This document shows positions 23,805 through 35,500 of a stretch of DNA of 64,000 nt, one piece after another (within the stretch, counting starts at the first letter, position 1; every line of letters begins with the position of its first letter). The DNA comes from Paraphysomonas bandaiensis (lineage: Eukaryota; Protista; Chrysophyceae): positions 1 through 64,000 of the forward strand of contig CBFFRP010000236.1 in assembly GCA_965644295.1 (NCBI GenBank), in the 5' to 3' direction. A model generated the notes under the pieces. It saw only the letters and a list, made by a program, of their open reading frames with translations, was not told where the DNA came from and ran no database searches. A program made the position numbers and the translations under genes.

Positions 23805-25286
23805 TCAGTTATCTTCCAAAACACCAGATTCACTTAACTCAATTTCTGAGGTAGACTGAATTTGTTTCCGCCGATACATCAGCATATACGCCTCACATGC
23901 AAGGACATCTTTTAGGTTAGCCTTGCGTGTTACCGTGTCAGAGGTGTAGTGCCAATCATCACCATGCAAAACATAAGCAGTGTAATGGCCGCCTAATGCC
24001 CCACCTTGATGAACTATCACTGCTCTGAGGGAATAAATACTTCTGTCTACTATATGTGACTTCTCGTCTGATTCGTTCTCCAAGTTATCTGGCACGCTAC
24101 CCTCAGCTGGACTCGCTGCAGCATTATTTTCACGGCCACAAAATTCAACTGTGGTTCGATTACTCTCTTGTAGATCCGCGGAGCTATTCGTCTTCCTACG
24201 TCCCGTAAAGGGAGTCATATCTAGCTCCAAAGGAAATGAAATATGCGTTGTACACTTTCCACCAGGTAGGAGACGTTTCAGATGAAGCACGAGGAGCTCT
24301 GGACTATCCACCACAAGCAGCCGTTTCGTGGCATCCTGTAATTGTCCCGAGCTTCTTGTTCGGGCACACGCTGTACAGCGGTATCCATTCCCTCCATCGG
24401 CATGTAGCAGTTCTCGACTGAAGAAGTTATATAGACAACCATATAAGGAGGGTGTATGAATATTGATACTATCACATAGATCACATTCTGGCTCTACAAT
24501 ATCAATTTGTTCTCCAACCTCTTCGGCAGATTCAGTTTGCACATTCAACGTATCGTTACTATCAGTCGTATCTATATTCACGCTTGACGAATCACCAGCA
24601 GCAAGTTCACTACAGCATTCATTCGTATCCGTTTTGATATCGTTTTCAGTACTCTGTTCTATTGTCAACTTTGCAAGATCATCTGTCACGGATGTTTTCT
24701 TTGGTGGAGGTTTATACCGATAGCCTTTAGGATGGTTTAAATGTGAGCTGCCCGGAATTTCAAGACTTAAATCAATAAAATCATTCAGTGAACACGATCT
24801 CTTACCACAACAACAGCATACAATCACACTCCCTAATAATCCATTAAAAAATTGTTTAAGAATTCCTTTACAATCCTCTTCTTCCTGTTGTTGTAACTCA
24901 TCTAACATACTTGATAATAAACATACAAGAAGCTCATGTGCATCATGTTGTTGTTTATTTTTAAATCGTTTTGATTGTATTGAAATCATACTAAGAAGAT
25001 ATGATGGATTCACTGATTTTGGATTGGATTTATAGAGTGATTTGAATGTATCTATGAATGATGTGTATATATGAGCATTAGGCACATCACTCATATGTAT
25101 AATCTCCCCTATAGATGCATACAGTGCTTGTATAGTACTATTTAAGAAGCATGTATTCCCTATATTAATAAGACCACGTATACCACTGTACTCTATAGAA
25201 TCAGATTTTATCCTATGAGAACCTTTGCAGGGACCTACTCCTCGATGAGATGGCTTGCGATTGACATGTCGCTTTTTTTTTCCCAT
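23805..25286 (-). CDS. Ubiquitin-specific protease (peptidase C19), single exon
   Basis: Cys box GLINIGNTCFLNSTIQAL, QQHDAHELL, LVLHLKR, His box YSLRAVIVHQGGALGGHYTAYV...WHYTSD...AYMLMY. Confidence 0.95.
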   Translation of the reverse strand: MGKKKRHVNRKPSHRGVGPCKGSHRIKSDSIEYSGIRGLINIGNTCFLNSTIQALYASIGEIIHMSDVPNAHIYTSFIDTFKSLYKSNPKSVNPSYLLSMISIQSKRFKNKQQHDAHELLVCLLSSMLDELQQQEEEDCKGILKQFFNGLLGSVIVCCCCGKRSCSLNDFIDLSLEIPGSSHLNHPKGYRYKPPPKKTSVTDDLAKLTIEQSTENDIKTDTNECCSELAAGDSSSVNIDTTDSNDTLNVQTESAEEVGEQIDIVEPECDLCDSINIHTPSLYGCLYNFFSRELLHADGGNGYRCTACARTRSSGQLQDATKRLLVVDSPELLVLHLKRLLPGGKCTTHISFPLELDMTPFTGRRKTNSSADLQESNRTTVEFCGRENNAAASPAEGSVPDNLENESDEKSHIVDRSIYSLRAVIVHQGGALGGHYTAYVLHGDDWHYTSDTVTRKANLKDVLACEAYMLMYRRKQIQSTSEIELSESGVLEDN

Positions 25287-25399
25287 GAAGTATGTGAATT
25301 TTGAGAAGTGAAGAGTGGGGTAAGTGGAGTATAGAGAGTATAGGGAATAGTTAATGTGACTATCTGATTATGTCCTATACTAAACCAGCCACTATATTG

Positions 25400-26004
25400 A
25401 CATACATACATACATACATACATACATACATACATACATACATACATACATACATACATACATACATACATACATACATACATACATACATACATACATA
25501 CATACATACATACATACATACATACATACATACATACATACATACATACATACATACATACATACATACATACATACATACATACATACATACATACATA
25601 CATACATACATACATACATACATACATACATACATACATACATACATACATACATACATGCATACATACATACATACATACATACATACATACATACATA
25701 CATACATACATACATACATACATACATACATACATACATACATACATACATACATACATACATACATACATACATACATACATACATACATACATACATA
25801 CATACATACATACATACATACATACATACATACATACATACATACATACATACATACATACATACATACATACATACATACATACATACATACATACATA
25901 CATACATACATACATACATACATACATACATACATACATACATACATACATACATACATACATACATACATACATACATACATGCATACATACATACATA
26001 CATA
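25400..26004. repeat. (CATA)n microsatellite, about 150 units, filling a divergent promoter
   Basis: Direct reading; two CATG variants; lies between the USP and metalloprotease starts. Confidence 0.98.
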
Positions 26005-26156
26005 TCATACAACACCGTATTATGAGGTATACTTCACAAATCACAAGTCGAGAAATGTCATTCTAGCGGTTTGGTTGGATGCTTCATATCACATTCATTG
26101 ACTTCTTCCAGTTCTTCACAGTCGAGGTGTGCTTGTATCATAATCAGGTTGATACT

Positions 26157-26975
26157 ATGGAATGGGAAGCCTTTGAATCCGCCGTAACTAATTGGCTTGA
26201 AAATAGAAAGAATGATGTTGGTAGTTTTGCATCAGATGCAAGGGAAGATGAGAAGTACTGGAGGTTAACTCGTGAGATCCCAATGCCTCCAATGGAGACC
26301 GCCCCAGTCCTCATCCTACCCCTCAATATACATATTGCTCGTGGTGATTATATCGGATGTTCTCTTACTAATGAAGAATGCTATGAAGAGCTATGTCCAC
26401 GAATTAATGAATTATGGGCCCAAGCAGGGATAGCGTTTGACTTGAATGAAATCATAGAGCACGAATGGCCGTCAGAAATTAAAAACAAAAGTATGAGTGA
26501 TATCAGGAAAGATATATGGGGGTTACATAGAGACCCTGTGACTAGAAAAATGACAGGCAAAGAACTTCGGCGTGATTTATTTATGAATCATATCATTGGA
26601 AGTGAGAGGCATAGTGTAGATACGTACGACATATGGGTGTTTGACTTTGTAGGGCAAGAATCTCAGGGGTGCTGTATAGATAGATCTAGCCATACTGTTA
26701 TTGTTGGCAGACGTTCAACAAAGGGATATCTTGAGCCAACCGAACGCCCTTTAAATTGTTTGGGGAAAACCTGCGCTCATGAGCTTGGTCATGCCCTTGG
26801 ACTCAACCACCCAAGGGGAATGAGATTTAGCGATGGAACTCCTTGTGATGTTGAGACAGGTAGGAACAATCTAATGACTGGAGGGAAAGATATATCCGGT
26901 GGTGGAGGAGAACTTCTCTCAGCGTGGCAAATTATGATAGCCAGAAAACACGCCGTTACATTTCTACAGTGTTGA
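26157..26975 (+). CDS. Metzincin zinc metalloprotease (M43/reprolysin-like)
   Basis: HELGHALGLNH (HExxHxxGxxH) and Met-turn NNLM; also LPLNIHI and INELWAQAGIAF. The start could be 26079 or 26157. Confidence 0.85.
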   Translation: MEWEAFESAVTNWLENRKNDVGSFASDAREDEKYWRLTREIPMPPMETAPVLILPLNIHIARGDYIGCSLTNEECYEELCPRINELWAQAGIAFDLNEIIEHEWPSEIKNKSMSDIRKDIWGLHRDPVTRKMTGKELRRDLFMNHIIGSERHSVDTYDIWVFDFVGQESQGCCIDRSSHTVIVGRRSTKGYLEPTERPLNCLGKTCAHELGHALGLNHPRGMRFSDGTPCDVETGRNNLMTGGKDISGGGGELLSAWQIMIARKHAVTFLQC

Positions 26976-27336
26976 CTTAATGACTCATTGGCAGTACAGC
27001 TTATGTGCTCATTACATTGTATGTTAACTTTAAAGAAGACTTGATAGTTTGATGAGACCAACATAATTATAGAAATCGAGCAACATGAACGTAGTGTAAA
27101 TTTTGTTTTTTAATGCGTACGGTTGGTAAAACAATAAGTATATCACAATGCAAAATGCAATAAGATGGCGTAGAATAGGCTTTGTATGAACGTAAGAACT
27201 AACCAGAGAACGTAGCAAGCATTCATCGAAAACTCTGGTTTTCATCACAATGGCATCAATCACTCCTTGTATCTTGGATCATATTGAACTCATATGTTAG
27301 CAGTAGTTGTTATAATAAGAAGAATGGAATAAACAA

Positions 27337-28620
27337 TGAAGCGGCGTCGTGAGCCAGAAAGCAGGAAGTCACGAACACTTAAAGATCAATCAGAGCTATG
27401 TGTGAAATAACGGTGACAAAGATGAAACGATGCGTGGTTATCTGAAGGATGATCGGAATGGACGTTGTACAAACTTTCGTGATAATAATGCTAAGAGGTG
27501 GAAGATGCCACAGTATTTTGAAGTAGAAAACGACTGGTAGAATATCTCAGTCTTAGAGCAAAGCATTCCCGTGACAAATTGGTAATTGCTCTAGATAACC
27601 TTGATGTCATCAATCTTGAAGTAGATGGACTCACACACAGACTTATGTCTGATGCGCACGTGATGGAGGAACACGTTGAAGTTAATGAAAGTACATATAG
27701 GTGAGTTTCCATATAAGATTAACTAACATTATACTGGATGTATCTCCACGCTTCTATAACCACTACTACATAAACACCCAGGGCTCATACAGCATCACTA
27801 TAGTCATATATTACACGAGTGCTCTGATGCATTGAAGAGTGTCCACACAAGCAAGGCTAACCACATGGGACACACAACAAGTTGCCTGCCTAAGCCGTAT
27901 CATACTGCCTCTCCAGCCCACAATGGAGATCCTCTTGCAATGTTAGGTATGTCTCTATGTTGTTTGCTTGCTACATAATCTATGTCTAAGAGATAGATTA
28001 TCGACAGGTATAGTCGTAACTCATGCCGACTTACAGGCCCATCCATTTGGCCCTGACTGTCCAAAGAATGGTGTCGTACCAAAAAGTTAGATTACATATG
28101 GATTGCTACTGCACTCCAAGTTTGAATTCCACCTCTGAGAGTGTCGAGTAGAATGAAAAGGTACTGAGAAGAGTTGCATTAGTTATTAGAGATAGACATG
28201 CTACTGATTTACATGCTACTGGTGTTGAACGTAAAAATTTCGTGGATGTAGAAGAGGTGCTGCCTATCAAGTGTAAAAAATAAATTTCTTTTTTAACCAT
28301 TTAAAGTTTTTTTGGTATTGGAAGATCAATTTCATTTCCCATGACAAGAAAGACTCAGAGGATAGCAAAATGGTTTGATCAGATAGAAATATCGACTTAG
28401 TGATAATGTGGCGGGATCACTCGTTGGCTTTACGGTCCTCCACGAATTTACGCTTTCATAACTTGGATAATCCAACCGTTGTATTCGATCAATACAAAGG
28501 GCACTCGTTACGAAAGGTGGAGGTTACTATCCTCGTCATGCTGTAGTCCCAACGATGCTCGTCCTTATATGGTCAAACACAACAGTTGGATCCAGTAGTC
28601 TCGGCATAAGGCTCTTGATA
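27337..28620 (+). pseudogene. Degraded intron-containing gene of unknown family
   Basis: Protein-like frames (RKRLVEYLSLRAKHSRDKLVIALDNLDVINLEVDGL...; DPLAML|GIVVTHADLQAHPFGPDCPKNGVVP) are separated by GT-AG introns but broken by several stops and frameshifts. Confidence 0.5.
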
Positions 28621-29048
28621 ACATGCGGTCATGTTAGTGAGACTGTGTAAGGAAAACTGTTCTCTTAATTAATCTTAGCATGTTGTACTTTACTCCGTTA
28701 TGTCTGTCAGTGTCTCATAGCCTGCCAGTGTCTCAGTGTCGGTCTTGACGGCCTGGTCTAAAAAATGCTGGACCAGGCCTACAATTTTGCGGACTTGGAT
28801 GAAAACAAACGACTGTTTATTTTGGGGCGGTGTGTGTGAGCTTTTTTTTTGTATGGAAACCAATGGGAAGAATTGACTTGGTCCGTCTGTATGGATGTGG
28901 ACATAAGTGTACATGTATGGGGTTGTATTCTGTGTGTATTATGTATGGTGTAGAGGAGGTCATATAGATATACATACAGCAGTGTATGTATGTATATGTA
29001 TATGTATGTGTACATATATGTGTTGAGGTGTTTACTATTAACAGCATC

Positions 29049-30700
29049 ATGAACACGCTCGCCTCTCCTTCCATCACACTATCTCAATTCCTCTTATCCC
29101 TCAGTAAGGTTCCCTTAACCCTCCAATACAATAACACTGATCTCTCAGTCTCTGTATGGCGAGATAAGGTGTGTGTAGCTCGAGGAGTAGAGAGCATCGT
29201 TCAGTGGATATCTCTACACTCACACTGTCATATCTCTCGTTATATATGTGGTAATAATAAGATTGAACGTAGGGCAGTATACAGAGGTATACAGAGAGTA
29301 TCAGAGTGGTCAGATGGATGGATGGGATCTGTTAAAGTGTCTATACAAGAGACACTCACAGGCTCTCAGTGTCCACAGCTCTTATTCGATAAACTATTAA
29401 GACACAGAAATGTGAAATATATGATGGAATACTTTTCTACATTACAAAATATTCCAAAACACACAACACCTGTTTATCATATATCTGCTGTAGATGTGTA
29501 TCTGGTTTTGATTATATGTCAGTGGTTAAAAGCGTATTCTGTGCATGAAGAACTGCTACGAGAGTCCATACCTGCAGTGTTGAATTATGTACTGTCAATT
29601 CGAAACGAGCTGCGCACTCTTCAGGAAATCAAAGATGGTGATTATAATTTGTGTTTAGAAAATGAATGGTTTGACAAGCCACCACTGTTACCGTATGTAC
29701 ACCAAACTATTAACTTCTCGCAGCGAAAGAAGTCCAGCTGCTCCCTAGATATGAACTTCTCCCCTCTTGAGCTAAGTAAGATTGATACAGCCGTCGATTC
29801 TGCTATTTCCAAGATTGACTGGCCTGAGGAGAGTAATTGTTGTGTTGAAGCTTGCGAACCATCTCTACATGATTCTGCAGTTTCCGGTACCACTAGCGAT
29901 AGAGTAGCTTACAACAGGTTAGTCTATATGAATCTGTACGTCATCATGTATTTGACTTTTTGATTTGAAGCGATGAGTTCTGGTCTTTAATGGACCTTCC
30001 TCTAGGTAGAGCTGATCGGAAGCGGCAACAAATAATTTCAATTGTAAATGCAGCTTCAGCTGTTCTGCCCCCACATGGCAGAGCGGTAGAGTTCTGCGCC
30101 GGAGGAGGATATGTGGGTATTGCACTAGCTGTTCTCCGACCGGATGCAGTCGTTGAACTCACAGATATGAACTCGATATCTCTTGCTCTTGCTCAGCAGC
30201 GTGCTGTAGCACTCCAGCTGACCAATGTCACAATGAGACGATGTGAATTAGACTACTTTGAACAAACTTTTGGAAGTGATACCATGCCTCCCTTCGACTT
30301 AGGGATATCTCTTCACGCATGTGGACCTGCCACTGACTCTGTTCTACGAATATGTGATCGATTCCGAGCTTCCTTTGTAGTCTCCCCCTGTTGTTATGGG
30401 TTCATTCAACATGCTGTGCAGTCGAACAATGAAAACGATAGCTATCCCCTGTCGATGGCGTATCGAGAAATGGGTTGGTGTGTGCGATGGATGATTGGGT
30501 TGTGCAGCCGCGCAGACAGGACGTTTTGGGGGCATGATAGCCGTGCAGAGACGAATAACTCCAGCGGCAAGACTGCCATGAGAGTAATTGATATAGATCG
30601 ACTACTTCATGCTAAGGAAAAGGGATATAATGTGACCGCTAAAGTCATGACACCTGCAAATTGCACTCCAAAAAATCATATACTTGTGGGCTGTATATGA
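29049..30700 (+). CDS. GSTCD-like class I SAM methyltransferase (Methyltransf_32), 2 exons
   Basis: RADRKRQQI, AVEFCAGGGYVGIALA, FDLGISLHACGPATD, SPCCYG, IDIDRL, MTPANCTPKNHILVG. Confidence 0.88.
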
Positions 30701-31582
30701 TAGATTAATGGGAATCAAATATGTAATGTTTCCTTTTGTGTAGTGGTGTTGAAAGACGAGGATACCACATGTAAATATCAAGCATGTAAGTAATTTAAAT
30801 GTACATATTTTAGTCTCAGTTATTTTGTTGGCGCTTGGCGTTAAGAGTATATTTTCATGTATATAGTATTTAGTGAAGTAATATTGGAATACGTAACTGT
30901 AGATGGTTAGAATACGAGTAGCACTTTAAGATAAATGAAGTATCCTAACTCTTTAATATACTTTAGTGTTTTAGTAGCTTATATCATCATAATAAAATAT
31001 TGGTTGTGATTCGTATGTATTATGTATCATATTTAATTTAACTTATTAGCAGACAACATAACTTCTCTTCAAAGATAAAATGCAAATAGCAGGAAGAAAT
31101 TACGATAGATAGTTATCTGTTATCTCAAACCAACATCACTCAGGTAAAATATTCTGTGGGATGTACGATAATTAAATGGAATTCACTAATACTTCTCAGT
31201 TTGCAATGTAAGCGAAAACTTTTTGACTTTCTTGATACTACCTATAACCCTATTCTCCAATATTTCATACAACCATAGCGGTTAGCCTCATTCCTCATTC
31301 AATTCGGTTATGCTAGTTGCTAGTCCAATCAATCTCTCATCAAAGTCTAAAGTATCCTGCACATACGTGCTATCTATAATAAACTTATTGTAGTCTACTA
31401 TAAACTGCATGTAGTAATCTACAAATTAGAAACTTAGCGGGTACTCTAATATTCATTGATAGTTTTAACAGAGATGGGGAGTATAGAGTTTTGCTTATTT
31501 AGTTGAGTTCTGCTATATGACAGCAATTGAAAGCTGTAGTTATAAAGTATTTAAAGTATAACCTTTACGAGTAGTATACGTT

Positions 31583-31739
31583 GTGGTTGCACCTTGGTGT
31601 TTGCGGTGACTTACAAGTAACTTTCGTAGCGTTAAATAATAGTAGGATATCGGAGTTAAGCACTAGTTAGTTAAATTATTTTGCTGCTACATTAGTTCTG
31701 ACTCTTACACCTTGCACGCCTATTGCTAATAATCAGACA
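31583..31739 (+). repeat. Degenerate copy of the dispersed LTR-like repeat
   Basis: GTGGTTGCACCTTGGTGTTTGCGGTGAC...CGTAGCGTTAAATAATAGTAGGATA...CCTATTGCTAATAATCAGAC. Confidence 0.75.
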
Positions 31740-31809
31740 TGCACTACTGCACTACAGTTGTGGTTAATCGTACGATGATAATAAATAATGACGATGAGTA
31801 TATATATAG

Positions 31810-31926
31810 CGTGAAACAGTATATAGTGACAAAGTAAGATCGTACGAGAAATGAGTGGTAGTAGAGATAACATGAAATTGATGAATGATAAGAGATAATA
31901 TTCATTATATTTTATAATTCTCAACA
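31810..31926 (+). mobile_element. Diverged solo-LTR fragment related to the adjacent copia LTR
   Basis: ATAGTGACAAAGTAAGATCGTACGAGAAATG...GTAGTAGAGATAA aligns to LTR ATAGTGACGATGTAAGATCGTACTAGAAATG...GTAGCAGAGATAA; it ends TCAACA. No TSD found. Confidence 0.6.
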
Positions 31927-32553
31927 TTTATTTGAATGAAGCCCTTGGACTTCACACACGTCTATCTATCGAGGATCAGAAGTGTGGGAGGAGTAGTGAG
32001 AAATATGAAGCACCGCCTAGAGTATTATCATTTTGGGTGGGGAATGGGGATAAACCTGTGGAATAAACAATTTCTCAACAGCAAGTTCGGCACTAAGCAT
32101 AACCTGGAGTTCGGCAGACAAAGACCACGTTGTCGTGATGTGTGTGCTGTGTCTGTCGAAAAACAGATAACCTCATGATGATTAGGAGCTAGGAGCAGGA
32201 CTGCGTAACAATTAATTGTCAATTGACGCAGGTTTGTTGAGTTTTGCTGTTTGTGAGCAATTAAAAGCTGTAGATTCTAAGATATTTGAATTATATCCGT
32301 TACACAAAGAATACAGTAGTAGCTAGCTGTAGTATGAGAACCAATAATATGATAGCCATTGTAGTGATGAAACTGAAATATACTGACTGTACAAGATAGT
32401 GACGATGTAAGATCGTACTAGAAATGGTTGGTGTAGCAGAGATAAAAAGAGTTGGTGAATGTCAATGAATGAAGTATGGTAACTCTTATAATTATATAAT
32501 ATTCCATATAAGTGTTAACGAAGGTCTTATTACTAAAAATGTCTATTTCTAAC

Positions 32554-35500
32554 ATGGTAGCAGACAGTAGTTCGGAGTGGAAACTTCTTCCCAAATTTGA
32601 TCAGTTCGGTGTAGTGAATTGGTCAAAGAATCTGAAAGTGTGGTTGATGAGGAAGAACAGGAACCATCTGGGTCTAGAGGACCGTCCAGTAAGACCAGCA
32701 AATAATGCGCCAGTGACAGTCCGAAATAAGTACAAGGAGGATCTGGACAAGTGGCTGGAGAGGAAAGACACGTGCATCAGTTCGATATTTGAAGCTGTTC
32801 AACCAGTCGCTGAAGCCCTTGAGATCGTGGATCAGTACTTCCGGGAAAAGGATATGCTCCCGCAGGACCATCCTGATAAAGAGCAGTTAGCGAGTGAACT
32901 CATCTCTAGGTTAATTGTTCGGTTTCGAGGGGAAATCCAATATGAATTAGTTGAATTGAATAAGAAGTTTGCAGGATTCAAAATTCTACCGGGGGAACTC
33001 GTGTGCGCAGCAATCGATCGACTAAACGGCATCTATCAAAAAATGTCCGAGTTGGGGGAACCACCCACTGACATCGCTAAAAAAACGAAGTTACAGACTG
33101 CCCTCGAAACACGAAGCGATTTGGAGCAATTGTACACCAATCTCTACCTACAAGGTGACATAACCTTTATTGATATGATCACCATATGCAGGAGATACGA
33201 TCAGGCAAAAGGTGTCCCGAAAGAAGGCACCGACGAAGTAAACATGAATTCCACTGCTGATGAAAATGAGGTGTGCAGCTATTTCTTAATTTCGCAATCT
33301 TAAGATCTCTCTTCTTCTTCCAGCACGATTTCTGTAAGTGACCCCGTTTTGCCACATTTGGGATTCGTGCTGGAAGAAGAAGAGAGACCTTAAGATCGCG
33401 AAATTAAGAAGGCAGGGAAAGAGTCGTGGCGCTAGGAATCGTTCTGAGAGTCGCAGAGACAACAACGAGAAGAAAAAATCAGATGGCTGCTATGTATGTG
33501 GAGACACCAGACATCGTGCGTATAAGTGCAAATTTCGTGCTCAAGTACGTAGTGACTCTGCTCAAGGTGACAAAAACCGGCCATTTTTGGACGAAAAGCC
33601 TGCAAAACGCACAGATTGGAATCGTTTTTTGCGGAGAGAGGAGCAAGAGGAAGATTCGGACTCTGTGAATATGATACGTATCGGCAGTCAGCATCTCATT
33701 TTTCGGAAATAAATGGAAGCAAAATTCATCTATATTACTGAACTACAACTACGGCTGGAATACATATAATTGTTATCTCAATATTAGAGGCATCTTGGAA
33801 CAAAAATAAACGAAGGATGCCGATACGAATATGATTATGTATGAGGAACCGCATGATGATTCATGTGTCTCTGAAGAGGTGCTACACACTTCCGATGAAC
33901 CCGTGTATTTAGACAGCTGTGCCTCTAATAAACTGTTCATTGTTAAGGACAGAAATTTCCTTCATACGGTCAAGAAGGAGGATGGAGATATACAGACAAC
34001 CAGAGCTGAATCCAGTTTACACTATGAGGAAACTGGAGGCTTTGGCGATTGGACTGACATCAAGATCTGCCCTGGATCAGTCAAGAATATCTCCTCTGGA
34101 GGAATACTCCGTTCTCACGGGTATGGATTGCAGTTGTTGAACAACCCCACTGTTGTGCGACTTGATACTGGGGAGACTGTATTGGAGGCAACCTACTCAA
34201 GCAACGGAATGCCTTATGTAAACTTACAGGAAATACTTGATCTTCCAAATTTGACAATGCTGGAGGAAGTATATTTGTCCGACAAGGTGCATGAAGATCC
34301 GTTAGAGATGTTACACAAGCGCTGTGGACACGTCAGCAAACATATAAGCTGATTGAAGCGTTTAAACACAGACTTTTTACCGGGAGCGGATTAACCCGAC
34401 GACATCTCAGCAAGAAGAGTTTACGAAAAATGAAAGGTATTTGTAAAGCTTGCGCAAAATCAAAGATGACAAGGAAATCATTCACCGCAAAGAGAGATGA
34501 CGAACTGCAAGCTACAGAGTTCCTTGAGAAGGTTTCTGTGGACATTGCTGTATATTTCAATTGCCCATCCAGACAAGGATATAAATATGTTCTGACATTA
34601 TCAGATATAGCCACCAAGGAGTTTTGGGAATATCCGTTGGAGACACGGTCTGCGAATGAGGTGTTGAGTTGCGTGAAGGACTGGGTTGAGCGTAAACTCC
34701 CTACATATCCCGGATCACACCGGTTGATACAGTACCATTCGGATGGGGGGGCTGAGTTGATCGACAAGTCCATTCAGCAATACTTAATGAGCAAGTTTGG
34801 AACTAGCATCACTTGGAGCTCCACAGACAGCCCTGAGATGAATGGTGTATCTGAGCGAAGGAATCGAACATTGGGAGAAATGACTCTGGCTCTGTTAATG
34901 GACTCAGGATTACCCGTAATTTTTTGGTGGGATGCTTATGTATATGCATGCATGATCGTTCAACGAATGCCTACACGTACATATCGAGGTTGGATGTCTC
35001 CAATGGAGTGCGTCCCAGGAGGTTCAGTCCCTGACTTATCGAGATTTCGACGCTGGGGGTGCAAGGCTTATGTGCTTATTCCCAAAGGTGATCGTCGAAA
35101 GGACTGGCAGGAGAAGTCGCAGACTGGGTATTTCATAGGTCTATCCAATACGAAAAAGGGATCCCGTGTGTGGCTTGGTGACAAAGAAGTCGTATCAGTA
35201 CATGTTCTGTATGATGAAAGTATACCTCCAAGAGATAAGGAGTACTATGCAGAGCTTGAAGAGGCCTTAGTCAAAACTGACCCATTAGATCGATCAGTTG
35301 AAGAGTTTAAACATCTGATTGGTTCGTATCATGTGGATGACGGGTTTCTCTTCAAGACTACGAGAGTTGTGGTGCGAAAAGGACTAATTGTGGCGTTTAG
35401 GGCGCTAGTAACTGCTGGGAAAGAGCAGATAGAAGAAAAAGTCCCTATTCACGTACGTGATATTGCCGAGTTGACTGGTGACTATAACCGCAGGCTGTAC

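Noticed and set aside
27337-28620. TGA recoding (selenocysteine or alternative genetic code)
   Set aside because: The region also has a TAA stop and frameshifts, and intact genes in the window end in TGA, TAA and TAG.
33677-33827. MITE acting as a spliceable introner
   Set aside because: Splicing from the GT at 33678 to the last AG (33815) does not restore the pol frame.
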